A DNA stretch of 55,536 nt, the filler included, from Bipalium vagum (taxonomy: Eukaryota), in the NCBI GenBank assembly GCA_037834085.1. It is 3 parts of 3 records of this genome, joined end to end, with 100 filler letters (N's around TTAATTAATTAA, not from the genome) between each part and the next. Parts side by side here need not be neighbours in the genome. Positions count along the whole stretch, not along the records: positions 38,282 to 55,536 come from JBBMKC010067592.1; 2 more parts are not named here. One strand, given 5' to 3'. Below, piece by piece: positions 39,091 to 52,529 of the stretch. The position numbers were made by a program, and so were the translations under genes. Under the pieces are notes generated by a model, which did not search any database, had not been told where the DNA came from, and worked only from the letters and a program-made list of their open reading frames with translations. The stretch's first letter is position 1, and the number at the start of each line of letters is the position of its first letter.

Positions 39091-40438
39091 TAATAAACCA
39101 GTTTTCGTGAAATTTGATAAATGCCCTTTATGTCTTTACAGATAAAATACCAGGCTTTGAAAACATGGAATATTAAATTTTATCAGATTTCCATAGAAAA
39201 TACAACATAATTAACGGTCCCAAAATTATCACTGACCATAAAACCCATGATTTTATCCTCATTTTAAGCTTCCTTTGATCAAGACCTGTGCTGAGTAAAA
39301 AGATCTGGTTTATAAACGGCAATTACGGTGGAGGAATATCAGTATTAGATTTTCACTGTTACTATGTGATTTACGGAAAGGAACACTATTCATAATCTCA
39401 ACGGGTTTTTAAAAGATGTGAGTAATATATCAAAGTAGGCTATCGATGAAATCCGTGAATGTAGAAGTTTTGAAGTAATAATCAAATAATGTTTTAATAA
39501 ACCGAAATGACACGTGACACCCTGAAATTTAAGAATAAAAAAATTTATGATTATATTAACCATATTAACGATATTTACCTGAAAATTGTATGATATAAAC
39601 GAAGTTAATTTTTGAAAAATTGTTGAGATTCGACTCCTCTCGTAATTTTCTTTTAATACCCAAATGTACCTATTGATTGCTCCGGGTGATTTTATTGTTT
39701 TTTGTTTTATTTTCTGTATAGTTTTTAATCATTTTCCTTTCAATTTAATAATTTATTAAAGTGATTTTTGAACTGAATATTTTAATGAACAAAAACGTGA
39801 TACATAAAACTTTGACAATAATATTTTGATTATCGATTCTTTATTTCAATTAATTTTAATTCATATAGTCAATTATTATATTATAGCATTGACGTTGGTC
39901 CAAAGACATTTATTATGATCTTGTGCTTTATTCAGACAGTGATTTAAGGGCATTGAATATTTTTATTAGGATTGTGTTTTGTCGTGAAAATAAAGATCTC
40001 TGTGATTAATTTGATTCATTTATATATAGGGCTTATTTTAGTTATTTTATTTCACGAACACGGTAATAATTAATAAAATGTTCATTAAAATTGCGAACAT
40101 AAAGTTACACACTTTAGTATAAAAACACTTTGATGAAGCATCTTTACATTTTTATATTGGTTTTATTTTGTAGTTTTATAATGGGAATAAAGGTTTTATT
40201 AATGATTTTGTGTTGTAACTGTATATGGGATGTCTACTTCACAAACCCAAAGATGTAATAATAATATTACAATTATAAATAATCAATAATAATTCCTTAT
40301 GAAAATAACAATTAATAATAATAACGAAGACTATCATAAGCAATTAAAATAATAATAAACTAAAATTTTTCAAAATAATAAATAATTGAAGTAGTTATGC
40401 GAAAAAATTAACTCACTAAAATAATCTAAAAAATAAAC

Positions 40439-41406
40439 TGTTACTATTATACTTTAACAAAGTAACCTTCTCTTGTCTATCGAAAACTCCTCACTTTAAT
40501 ATGTTGTGTTAGTTTTTTCGAATTTAAAACCAAGACGAATCAAAGCTCCCATGATAAATCCTTATCCGCACCCTAAAAACTGAATCAAAACTTTCACAAT
40601 AAAACTTTATTCACTCTATCACAACAATTACAAATCAAAATCAATCAATAAAAGTGAATTTACCAATATCTAAAATGAAACGAAATTAAGTCCAATGGCA
40701 ATGTTAATAATAAAGAAAAATATAATCAAATCATTAATTCATAATAATTCATAATAAGAAAACGGAAACAGAATAAAACAAAATAATATAAATGGATCGG
40801 TCTCTTCTGGAGAGACAACAGGTCCTCAGGTCGTCCACTAGGTCATTTTCAGGTCGCCTAGGGAGTTGCGAATTCGACGGAACCCACTGTAAAATCCTCT
40901 TGCGAAGGCATATCCACTTGAAAAAAGACCAAATCAGTACGAACGTCTTGAAGTCGTTGTTGGATCTTCTGTAATCACCTGTTCACTTGTCGTTTTGAAA
41001 ATTGGAAGTCCAAACGTTGTTCGGGAATTTTTCTTTCTTTGGAATTCTTCTTTTTTCCTTTTTCTTTTTTGTGGCCTTTCGAGGAATAGCAGTCTCTTTA
41101 TATTGGCGTGGAGATTGAATACGATCACCAATCTCCATGCCTGAATTACGATTCCGGAGGCTATTACCCGGAATGGTCTTTAATCTCCAATACTGTCTCC
41201 ACACCGAAACAGAACAAAAAATTTCAATGCTCTGACAATGGAGATAAAATGGATATTGAAAATGAAATTTTTATTAATTTTTTTTTCCGTTTTTATTTTA
41301 AAAATATTTTTATTATTATTAAAATTATTATCATTAATTAATTATTATTATTAATTATCAACATTATTACCATTAATTATAAAATTATTATTCCCAGAAC
41401 CCAAGA
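40439..41406 (-). mobile_element. Solo LTR family A, copy D
   Basis: Begins AAAC|TGTTACTATT (reverse complement of the LTR 3' end). Shares CTCCTCACTTTA, GGTCGTCC..TAGGTC...TCAGGTC.CCTA and GTCTCTTTATA with copy A. The far end is degenerate (AACCCAAGA). Confidence 0.8.
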
Positions 41407-41454
41407 AAAGGAAATTTGGAAAAGTTTAAAAAATAACTTATGTTGATATAAAAG

Positions 41455-43321
41455 TGTTGGGTTTGTTAAAGGCACAAACCATAAAGATCGTGAGTGATAA
41501 TAATAATAAATTTAATAATAATATTAATTATTATTATTATAATAATATAATATTACTACTACTACTACTACTAATAATAATAATAATAATAATATTAAAT
41601 AAAAATATAAAATATTATTAAAGTTAATACATCAAATCTCGTCGTCAAGATAGTGATTTATTATTTATAAAGAAAGGAATATGTCGTGCTGTCTGGACAA
41701 TAAATTATTTTTTTATTAATAGTTTACTAACTTTATCTCGGCGTGGAGATAAAGTTAGAAATTATGTTGTATTAAGGGAAATATCCGTCTAAAAGCGTAG
41801 AGATTGGTGATCGCAGACAAATCTCTAAGACTATATAAAGAGATGGCTTTTCCCAGAAAGCACCCAAAAAGAATTTACGAGAGAAAGACAGAATTATAAG
41901 TGTCATTTTGCCGAAAAAATATTTCAGATATTTCAAAATTCCAGTTATTCCCCTTATTTTTCTTATGAAGATGAAAGAGGATTTAATAAAGGGATCCAGC
42001 CAGCTTGGGAATCCCTAGATGATCTGTAAAAGAACCCATTATTTTTTTGATTTTACTTTTGTTCTTAATTCTTAATTTTTCTTTTATATATTTCATTTAA
42101 ATTATTTTTTTTAGACATTTGATGAGTATTGATTTTTTGCTTTATTAGACAATAGATTGTGATTCTGTTTATGATTTGTGTAAACTTTCTGTTTGAATTT
42201 TAATTAAGTTTTACTATGATTACTTTCATTCCATTTGGGGAGCGAATAGAGATAAGCTTTTATTGCGGGAGTTATGATTCACTCAAGTTTAAATTTGTGT
42301 AACTGCAAAAGTAAAACTGTTACTATTACACTTTAACAAAGTAGCCTTAGGTCGTCTGTCAATAAATCCTAACTTTAATAATGTTGTGCTCGTAATTCGA
42401 TTAAAACTCCCACAACAAAACCTTATCAACTCTCTAACTGAATCAAAATTCCCACGATAATACTTTATCCGAACCCCAATTGAATCAATACAAATCACAG
42501 TAAAACTTTATTATAATGCAAAACTGAACTGATTACACAAATTACCAAAAATCACAATCAACTCAAGAATCAATACTACTTAAAAAGTAAAAACTGATCA
42601 ACTGTCTGAAAATCAATTTAACACAAATGAACATTAAAATAACTTATGATTAAGAATAATATATAATGTAAATGAGGTTCAAATGAATGCTAAAAATTAA
42701 GAATACAAAAAATAAAATCAAGAATAACCTCACGCGGAGCGACAAGGGATCCCCGGGTCGTCCAATAGGCCCTTTTTCACCTAGGGATTCCCAAACTCGT
42801 TGGGTCCCCTTGTATAGTCCTTTGGCATCGTCAAAACACAGGACTAAAATTAATGGAATCTTTGATAAATAGTAATCGTCTTCGGCAAAAATCTTCGTCA
42901 GGAAATGAAATCTCCGTCTTCCACAAAATCTTCTTTAGCAAAAATCCTCGGCAAAGCTTATTAGTAAAAAAATTTAACTATCTTTCTTTCAACAAATCCT
43001 GCAAGTTCTTTTCATTTTTATTTCTTATGGGCACTTTATGAAAATGGACGTCTCTTTATATAGTTGAGACAAAGCTAGACAAAAGAAATATTAATGGTAC
43101 CATTACTCCTTACGCCAAGCTTCGATGTAAATAATTAACAACTATTGCAAATTTTGTTACAAATTCTCCCAAATTTATTATTTTAATTATTCGTCCGATT
43201 ATTATTATTGCCATCGGGTTTTGTGCCATTGGCCAACCCAACAAAATGAAACAACATTAGATAGTGAGGAGTTATTGATTTTGAGCAAAAGTTACATATT
43301 TCAGTTTAGGAAAATAGTAAC
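41455..43321 (+). mobile_element. Solo LTR family A, copy B, interrupted near its 3' end by copy C
   Basis: Starts TGTTGGGTTTGTTAAAGGCACAAACC and is colinear with copy A to 42317, then resumes at 43248 (TAGTGAGGAGTTATTG...AATAGTAAC). TATA CTATATAAAG at ~41831. Confidence 0.85.
42318..43243 (-). mobile_element. Solo LTR family A, copy C, nested in copy B
   Basis: TGTTACTATT...GGGTTTTGTGCCATTGGCCAACCCAACA, flanked by AAAC and AAAT (3 of 4 TSD bases match). Confidence 0.85.
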
Positions 43322-43894
43322 TTTTATCTATGTACTTGATACAGGAGTCGTATTATAGGACCAATCAAATTCTACATTTGTCAACCTCGTTAATTATTCT
43401 GATTATTTCTGTAAGCGTTTTTTTCAGTGAAACTTAAGATGTGGAGACTTTAATCTCAATAAACCAGAAGCTCAAAACAATTCAATCAAAACTGTCTAGT
43501 CAAAACTAAATTCGATCAAAATATTTTTTCAGACTTTATAGTGAATCTTGATTTTCTTTTATTAGAAATTCTATTTTATAAAAAATTTAACATTTTAATT
43601 TTGCTATTTAGAGTAAAACCATACCGATAAATATGATTTCATTTTTTCTTCTAAAAAAACTTTATATTAATTTTAATGATAATAAAAATTATCATTATCT
43701 ATACATAAAATGTAATTCAATTATAAGATAAAAATAATTAACCTAATAAAAAACTTTTTATGAAAATCAGATATTTTGTTTTTATGCAACAAATAATATT
43801 TGTCCAAAGGTCACTTTAAGAAATCATTTGAAAAACAAAATTCTAAATGTATTATTTCTCAGAATACCTATTGTTTTTTCGATGATTTTATACA

Positions 43895-44520
43895 ATGATC
43901 TTTATTAGGAAGGTTATTAACTTGTAACTCTCACATGCTGCTTAATTTTCCTAATTAGAATTTTTATTCCAATATCTCTTTTGGATTTTTATTTGATATT
44001 GACGGTGTGTTTCTGAAAGGTCAAAGTATCATCCCGGAAGCAAAACAGGCATTCAATTTGTTACTGGACCGGCACGGCAAATGGAAAGTGCCAGCAGTAT
44101 TTGTCACAAATGCCGGCAACAAATTGCGAAAAGATAAGGCCTGTGACTTATCTGAGAAATTTAAGCTCTTTGTATGAAAAAAAAGTATTTCTCGGACAAT
44201 TTATTTTTTCCGTGTCTCAGATTTCGCCAGATCAGGTTGTCATGTCTCACAGTCCATTGCGAATGTTCACACAGTTTCACTCGAAATACGTCTTGGTTTG
44301 CGGCCAGGGCCCGGTCAAAGAAATCGCAACGAGACTGGGCTTCGAGAAGGTAGTCACCATCGACGAGTTGCGCCACCAGTTTCCCTATTTGGACTTGTGC
44401 GACCACAATCGCAAAAATATGGCGGTAATTTTCAATTCTTCATTGCATTTTGTTTTAATCAATTTTCTTGCATCCTCATTCAGCCATGTGCATTCGAGCG
44501 TTACAACAAAGCCATCGAAG
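43895..44520 (+). CDS. HDHD5: HAD-superfamily class IIA hydrolase, HDHD5/CECR5-like; 5' exons only: 43895-43912 (tentative), 43959-44171, 44221-44424, 44484-44520
   Basis: Spliced translation MIFIRK|NFYSNISFGFLFDIDGVFLKGQSIIPEAKQAFNLLLDRHGKWKVPAVFVTNAGNKLRKDKACDLSEKFKLF|ISPDQVVMSHSPLRMFTQFHSKYVLVCGQGPVKEIATRLGFEKVVTIDELRHQFPYLDLCDHNRKNMA|PCAFERYNKAIE. Contains HAD motif I (FDIDGV), FVTNAG and the CECR5-typical SHSPL and GQGP. GT-AG introns of 46, 49 and 59 nt keep the frame; donor GTACGA at 44521. No later exon recognised in the window. Confidence 0.92.
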
Positions 44521-45967
44521 GTACGAGTTACAAAGTTTTATCTTTCGTTAACAATAATAATTTGAATATTTTGTCTTACAAATTCTTTTTATAAGAATTT
44601 TTTAATAAAAATTTTTATTGATTGGTTTTAAAATTTAATTTTTGTTAAATGTGTTAATTTTACTCGGAAAAATAATTTGAATCGATTTTGAGCTTGTCGA
44701 TAACAGAACATGATACTTTGAGTTTTTTTATTTTTGAGCGTTTTCATTGGCTGTCGTTGAACCATTTAATTTTGTTTCTAAAAATAGATTTTTAAAAATT
44801 GAAACTAATTTCTAACCTTTAATAAATACATTTTTATGTTGATGTTGTTGTCAATGTTGAGGTGAATTGGTTTTCTTATCAAAGCTCTCACACACGGATC
44901 GGTAATTTTTAAAAAAAGATTTTAATCGATTCTTTCAATGATATCAGTCAATTTGGAAAAAAATATCGATTTAGATTTTTTCTTGATCAGTACAAGGATG
45001 AATTTAAATCTAAATTATTTTATGATTTAAATTTAAATATTAATAACTACAAATAATTTTAATTAATTTAGTAATAGTTATTAATAATAATTTTAATAAT
45101 TAACATTAAAATTAAAATAATAATTGTATTATTTATTATTAGTTAAAAATGATTATTCATTAATAAAAAGTATTCAAATATTTTTTAAAATTTTAATGGT
45201 TTTGTAAAATCAATGAAAAATGTAACTGATTTTTTCAAATTATTTGAAGATATTTATGTCATTCAAGCGAGGGTAGTGATATTTTGAAAGAAACTTAGTT
45301 CTTTTTGGCTATAGTGTAGTTTTACTACTCTAAATTATTTAATAAACGAAATTCATTTAATTGATTAAATCCAAAGTAAATATTTATCGTTTATGGATTT
45401 TTATTATTGATTATTATATTGAATTTTTAATTATTTTCAGAAAAATTAAAATATTAAATTCATAGATTAATTATAATAAATACATATAATTGTAAGTAAG
45501 ATCTCTGGAATGTGAAACAATGATCTTGTTGTCCAGAAATGGGTGAGAGTCGCTTAAGAAAATTGGTCGAAGGTGAAAGTAATGAGTTGGGAAAAAATTT
45601 TAAGATTTGAGATTGGGAAAAACAATATCTATTTAATCACAGACCAATTATTGTGTTAAAGAAGTTAAATTTTGCACGAATTTTGCTCAGATGTTCCGAT
45701 TTTAAGACATCATTTTCTGAAAAATTACAATTAAAAATATTATTTGAATTTTATTATTGATACAATTTATTTCCTTCAATTGTTTAAGTAAAATTAGTGT
45801 AACAAAAAAAATTTACAAACAAGAAAAAAAAGATAATTTTTTGAAATTATTAGTAGTGATTCTTTTTGGTAAATGAATTCCTTTTTTATATAGTTTGAAG
45901 CACTGGTGATCGTTTTGAGTCATCAAGTCAATATCAATTTGAAAGATTGATATTTTCATTTGATATA

Positions 45968-46930
45968 CAGGGTTTCCGAAAAGAAACTTTACTACTTTCA
46001 TTCTTTTTTGCACCGAAACAAAAAATTAAAAAGCCAAGTAATTCTATTTATACCTTTATGTAAATACACAAATTAAAAAAGTGAAGAACTTAAAGATTTC
46101 ATTCAAATAACCGCTTTTAACAGTTTTTAGGCTCTTTTTATGACAAGTTGTATAAGATTTTCGCAAAAGTCCGTTGAGCTCAAGGCAATTTGTGTAGAAA
46201 TGTTGTTTTAGTATTGTAAGTGCTTTTGTATAAATTTTATCTTTAAAATGTCTCCATAATAATTATTCCCGAACCGTCAAATCGGGAGATCTTGGAGGCC
46301 AATCAAAATCACAGAATGTGGAGAGATTTAGCGAGATTGAAAATTTTCTTGGAATGATGTAATTGGTTTGCTACTTGTAAGGAATTAAGTCCCATCTTAT
46401 TGAAAGTAAATTTTCTCAACATTAAAATCAATCAGATAGCGCTGCAAGAATGTTTCGATCATATGTTAAGATGGCTCTCCGTTCATCTTAACTATCTTAC
46501 CTGCATCATCTTCAAAAAAGTATGAACCAATTACAACCGATACCCATATTCCACACAAAACAGTTACTTTCAGTAAATTTAATGCTCCCTCCTTCAAAAC
46601 AGATAATTGCTATATATCCTAAATTCTGAAAATTGTGTGTTAATCAGGGTTCCAATGAAGTGAAGGTGAGCTTCATCGATCATAATGATATTTTTCGAAA
46701 AATTAAAATCCTCACCTGATCGTTCAACAACCAATCTCAAAAATTTCGGCAACATTGATGGTCTGTTTCTTAAAGTTGCTTCACTAAGCTAATCCTATAT
46801 ATGCTTTTAAATAACTTGATTCAGAGTGGTACAGCTTCTTTTTGGGTACCTTTGTTTTAGGAGAATTTTCTGAAAATTTTAAGCATTTTTTAGTTGCCAA
46901 ATTAAACATTGGTGATCAAAAATTACAACA
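45968..46930 (-). mobile_element. rosa/DD41D-like transposon remnant
   Basis: TA+CAGGGTTTCCGAAAAG end. Minus strand IMIDEAHLHF, VTVLCGIW, IGSYFFED and DWPPRSPDLT. Confidence 0.85.
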
Positions 46931-48095
46931 GACTCGTATTATGATTTTCATACTTAAAAAGGTAAAAAATTTTAATGTGCCACCGACGAAAAGCCCAAGT
47001 CGAACTTGGATTATAATGAACAAAATCAAGACAATGTGATTTGTTTGATCAGAGAAAGCGGTCAGGTAGTGAAACTGGTGAAACTGACAAAAACTGACCG
47101 TCCACACCCATTTATGTAACGTTGTTATATTTCAAAGGTGAATATTGGGTTCTACTTATTCCAATGATTGATTATTTACACAAAGTAAAGTTTTTACTAG
47201 CCAAAAGGAAGAATAAAGGTCACATATTTAACATTCCGTGTAGATAAATATGCCATTTTGTTGTAAGAAAGCCGAATTAAAATGAGATTTCGAAGTCAAG
47301 CCGTAGGATAAACGATATTTTTCCGATGAGAAGATCACTGTAGTTTCTTTCTTTTCAAATGAGATGAACCGAATTGTTTTTTTTAATAAATTTTTCTTTA
47401 TTTATTAAATGTGAATAAAATGTTATTTCCTTTTTGTAAAGTACACTTACCGAGAGAGTTGCATGTGTAGGCTTTCCGTCCTTTTCCGGCTGTAAAGGAT
47501 TGGACTTGAGTGGAGAAATATATCTATTAATGGACATCATACTCTTACTTATTCTTATTCAATGAACATGAAAATAATCCCTATTAAAAACCAATACTGA
47601 TAATGAGAAAGGAAAACTGAAAATAAACTAACAAGAGATCATTTGGCAAGGGGTCATCTAAACACCAAACAAATTGACCATCAAGGGTGGTGAATGAACG
47701 ATAAACTTCGAAGGTTATAAATATACTTTGAATGGATCGTAGATGAATAAAATTGTGAGAAATAAAGTACAATTTTGAAGTGAAAAAGAAATAAATCTCT
47801 ATTGTCACGAACAAATCCGTTTAAATAGAAATAATAAAATACACGATGATGATGAAGTCGAATATTTGGAATTTTCTTGTCTGAAACAGCAAAAAGAAAT
47901 TCTCAAGAAAAGTTAAATCACACCATGGGATTTCCAATTCTTTAGTTATTATAGTTTATTGATTTAATTCACACTTTCTATTAATAAAAATTATATTGGT
48001 TAACTTCAGTCCTTTATCGACATTTGTTTAAATAATTCAATTAAATTACTTATTAAATTATTTTTTAAATTTCTTAAATATAATAATGAATTATA

Positions 48096-48643
48096 CAGGG
48101 TGACTCAAAAGTAACTTAATGATTTTAAATAATAGTAAAAAGTAAATATTCCAGACAATTATTTATTTTGAATATTATACATAAACAATAATTCACGGAG
48201 ATTTTTTAAACTAGATTTTGAAAATTATGTCCTTCAAATGACAGCATTCTCATTAACATCCTCAAAAAATGTGGGTCCTCTGCATACTCCTTCGTACTCG
48301 TTCAATAACATCTTTATTTCTGCTTTGGCACGGTCTTCCCAATCTTCGCAAATCGTTTACGGAACCCTGGCCTCTGAAACGTTTAATTAATTGCATAATC
48401 ATAAAGGCTGTTGGTGGCTTCTTAACATTGAAATGTTTGCAATATTTACGTTGAGTTCGAATTATTGAATTATTGTTTTGAAAATAAAATTCCATGATTT
48501 TCGTTCGTTCAGACATTGTATATCTTTGTGACATTAATTTCCTGGAATCCATTTTTATATCTACAATCATTTCAAAACAAATAAATATTGATTTTATTTT
48601 TTATGAATTTTTAAATTTATTAATTAACTTTTGCGCCACCATG
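48096..48643 (-). mobile_element. Internally deleted rosa/DD41D-like element with both TIRs
   Basis: TA-CAGGGTGACTCAAAAGTAA ... TAACTTTTGCGCCACCATG-TA. The N-terminal HTH (ORF 48262..48570) is joined to the C-terminal HLKDIIFKI*. Confidence 0.88.
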
Positions 48644-49019
48644 TATATGGACTATGTATTATGATACACGTTGTTTACAAACATTTCTGAACAAACAAAA
48701 TTTTATTTAAAATACATCTTGATAAATGGTTCGATCTATTTATTCAGATTTTCTTCAGTCAATTTTAATATCCTTCTCAATTATCTTTAAGTGATATCAC
48801 TATTATGTGTTTTATAAATTATCTTCATTATTATTTGATTAAAGAAAAAATTTCTTTTCAAAATTAAATTAATTTTATTAAAAAAAATTGCATTTATTTT
48901 CTAAGTATTAATTAAAGAAAACATTAATCATTCATTGATTTCTACTTTCAATATTTTGTGAATTCATTTCTGGTTTCAATTTTTTAATAAATAATGATAC
49001 CTAGATTTTTCTTTCTTCG

Positions 49020-49480
49020 TCATTGTCCAAGTTGCTCATTAGTACACTAAACTCATTTTCATTGGTATTTTTATTTCCTTGTCTTTCTTTGCAACCAACA
49101 ATGTGATCCAATACTTTACTTGTTCTACTTTTTTGGGAATGGTCATTATTTCCAGTCGCGACGTTCTCGAGATGACCAAATCATGACATTGAAGTTTATA
49201 AATGATATTGTTTGCATTGCTTTTGGATTTACTGTTTGACTTTTTAAAAAAAATTTTTATCTTTGCAGTTACAAAGATTATTTTTAGGCCTTTTTCTTTT
49301 ATATTCTGATATATTTTGCTTTCAAAACTTTTGAATCTATTTGAATTTAAAATATTTTTTTATATATTCACCTTTTCTTTTTCTTTCTTTACAGTAAATT
49401 CCTTGCTTTTCATAAACCTATACACATTAACTTCTCTGATTTTTTCGATTTTCCAATCTGGATAAGTATTATGTTTTATC
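49020..49480 (-). mobile_element. Second Penelope-like fragment, same family as 9340-9740
   Basis: Colinear nucleotide similarity to 9350-9730, e.g. TACTTGTTCTACTTTTTTGGGAATG, CATGACATTGAA and TTGCATTG.TTTTGGA.TTACTGTTT. Confidence 0.8.
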
Positions 49481-50335
49481 TTTTTCAATTTCCTTCAATT
49501 CGGTGTCGATTTGCTTATATAAAAATTAATAATTAAATAATATAATTTCTTTATTTTTAGTTTTTTAATTTATTCGATTTATAGATTTATTTATTATGTT
49601 TTAATTTATTGATTTATTTGTTATTTAAGGAATAATTTTCAACTAGAAAATAAATATTTTAATTTTTCAATAATGCACTCTATATATTTTTAAATCTGCG
49701 TTATTCGCACTGATTACCTTTTCTTTCATTTTAAAACGTGTTATGAAATCGATATTCTTTGAGAGTTATCAACATTATAAGAGTTCTTTTAAATTACTTC
49801 GATCCTTTATTATTTGAGAGTTCCCCTTATTTTCATTAATATCATTAATATCTCCTTCTAATAATCGGACAAAACTGTTGCTCAGTTAACTTTCACATTG
49901 AAAAAACAATAAACACATAAATTAATTTAAATTAATAATTTATTTAAATTTAAATATGTTTATTATTGAAATTTGCTTATGAAAATTGTCGAGAAAAAAA
50001 TGGGAAGGCTTAGAAAGTTTTTAATTTGTATTGGAGAACTATTTAGCCTGAGAAATAATCCTTTGAAGAGAAATGTATGAGTAAAACTTTCAATTTTATG
50101 TTTTATTATCAAAAATCAATGAGGATAATTGTTTCACCTACTCGCTTGGGTGGGGATAAATCACAAATAAAAATTTCCATTTTTAGATTGGGGACTTTAC
50201 TTTTATCAATTTTAATTAAAAACATTTAACTTTATTGTACTGTAAAAATGTATCCTTGATATGAATTTTTAATATATTATCATATATAGTTAATTTTAAA
50301 ACTATTATTTTTCATTTTTTTAAAATGATATAGAC

Positions 50336-50918
50336 CAGTAGTTCCCAAGTTATATTCTGTAGAACCTGGCCTAAGATTTGGAAGTGTTCCGTAAAAAGTT
50401 TCAATATAAAAGTAATAAATTAACATTACGTAATTCAGATGATAAATCTTAGATTAGAAGTTCATTTAGTGTTACAGATAAGTCAATAGGATTCAGTAAA
50501 AGTGATTATGAAAATATAATTGATTTAATCACTAATTATAGAATAAAATAAGAAAATAAAATGAACTTGTATTAACTGATTTTTGATATAGATATAAAAT
50601 AGGAATATCAAAATTTGTCTAAACCACCAGTTTACAACTACACAGATATAAGAATTCGGCTTTCTAATATCAAACCTGATATAAAAAACGTAATTCCAAA
50701 CCTCAAATATATCCGAGTCATTCCGTTTATTTAATAAATTATTTTTGATATCTGTACTAATTTTTATTACGTTACAACGAATGAATTTTGTTATAGAAAT
50801 ATACTATTTTTTCTTTAATTACTTTTTTATAATAATATAGGTCTTACATTATAGGTGTTCCACAGAAAGTTTTTGATTAACGAAATGTTCCGTGACTCGA
50901 AAAATTTTGGAACCACTG
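50336..50918 (+). mobile_element. Non-autonomous hAT (Charlie/Buster-type) element
   Basis: TIRs CAGTAGTTCCCAA / TTGGAACCACTG; 8-bp TSD ATATAGAC / ATAAAGAT (6 of 8); residual C-terminus DIRIRLSNIKPDIKNV. Confidence 0.8.
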
Positions 50919-51864
50919 ATAAAGATAATAAAAAAAAGTTAGACTAAAACTAAAAAGAAACACTTTCTCAGAATATATATGTTCTCTCCATTATATTCAT
51001 TATATCTAAAATAAGTAAATCAATAAATCTAAAAAAGAATATAGGTTTCTTATAATTATATCATAATTCATCATAAAACACATTAATGTGACAAATTTGG
51101 AAAAATGGTTTTTCCTAAATAAAAAATGTTTTGAAGTTTTTCATACATTCAAAAAAATTTTCAGAAATATTGATTTTTTTTAAAATTATTTCTTAAAGAT
51201 AGTATTAGAAATAAATAATATTGATTTACTCTCTCATTTTCATCTTATTTATTATTAAAGATTTCTAATTTCACTTCCGATTTGTGATAATTATTATAAT
51301 TATAAATTTTTGTTATTTATGGTCGATTCTGTTAAAAAAAAATTTTATATTAAAAAGTAATTCGACTCTCAAAGAAATTTTCTGATATAAAATATATAGT
51401 AGTAGAAAATTTCCTAAAATTATATTTATTACATTAATATTTATTCTCCTTTTGGCTGATTGAGAAGATATATTTATAAATATTCAACTATTTCCTTCGT
51501 TTATATACTACAGAAAACTCATTAAAACAAATTATTATTATTTACAATTTAATACATTTATCTAATAATAAACCAAAAGGTAGGAAAGATAGAAAGAGAG
51601 AGAGAAAAAGAGAAACAAATATCAATATATATCTTTGTGTAGTTAAAAAGAAAAATTCCAAGAATGATATTAATTGGGAAAATTTAATTATCAATTCAGA
51701 GTTGTGTGAAAGTGGTTGTAAAAGAACGTGTTGTTGGGAGAATAATATATCAATAATTTATTTTCCCATTAATAAGCTAAAATATCAACTGATTTCAAGA
51801 CTTATTCCTGTACTTTAATTTGCTTTATTTTTCACCAAAATTTTGTCCACTTTCAATCTCATAA

Positions 51865-51938
51865 AATAATAATATATTATTAATAATAATATAATATTAA
51901 TAATAAATAAAATAATAATGTTAATAGTACTAATAATA

Positions 51939-51989
<51 letters not shown>

Positions 51990-52030
51990 TAATAATAAAT
52001 AATAATAATTACAGTAATAATAAAATAAAT
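51865..52030. repeat. (AAT)n microsatellite / low-complexity tract
   Basis: Long AAT/AAAT run. Confidence 0.9.
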
Positions 52031-52529
52031 GATAATTTATGAAAATTAACCTTATTAATTAATTAATCTTCTAATAAATAATTTTGTTTAATGTATTGTT
52101 TGTCTGTTGAACACATTGTCTTCTTCATTTTATCAAAATCATGACCATTTTATCTGATTTTTAAAATTTTTTTACTTAATTTTCTTGTAAACAAAGGTTT
52201 TTTATATTTATGGTGCATAAAATGAAACACTTTTTCACAAAAATCGTTTTGGTACTGACGAAGATTTCACCACAGTCAATAATGAATATCAAGTATTAAG
52301 GAAGATATTTCCAATTTTCACTTGATTTAACTTTTAAATATCTCTGAAAATTGATTTTTAAGTTAAACTTTGATATCACTGCAGGTCTTTTATCAAGGTT
52401 ATTTCAATATTTTTTATCTTATACAAATTTTTAGAATCCAAAATGATATTTTTAATTAGTAGAGCATTTTATGGGACCGAAGCGACCTTATTAGTGACCA
52501 CTGTCGTTAAATTTAAATAATATACAGTA

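Noticed and set aside
40792-43041. Short ORFs within the LTR cluster
   Set aside because: Not conserved as reading frames between homologous LTR copies.
44101-44594. ORFs 44101..44565, 44161..44406 and 44298..44594 as independent genes
   Set aside because: They are exon-intron read-through, or alternative and antisense frames, of the HDHD5 exons.
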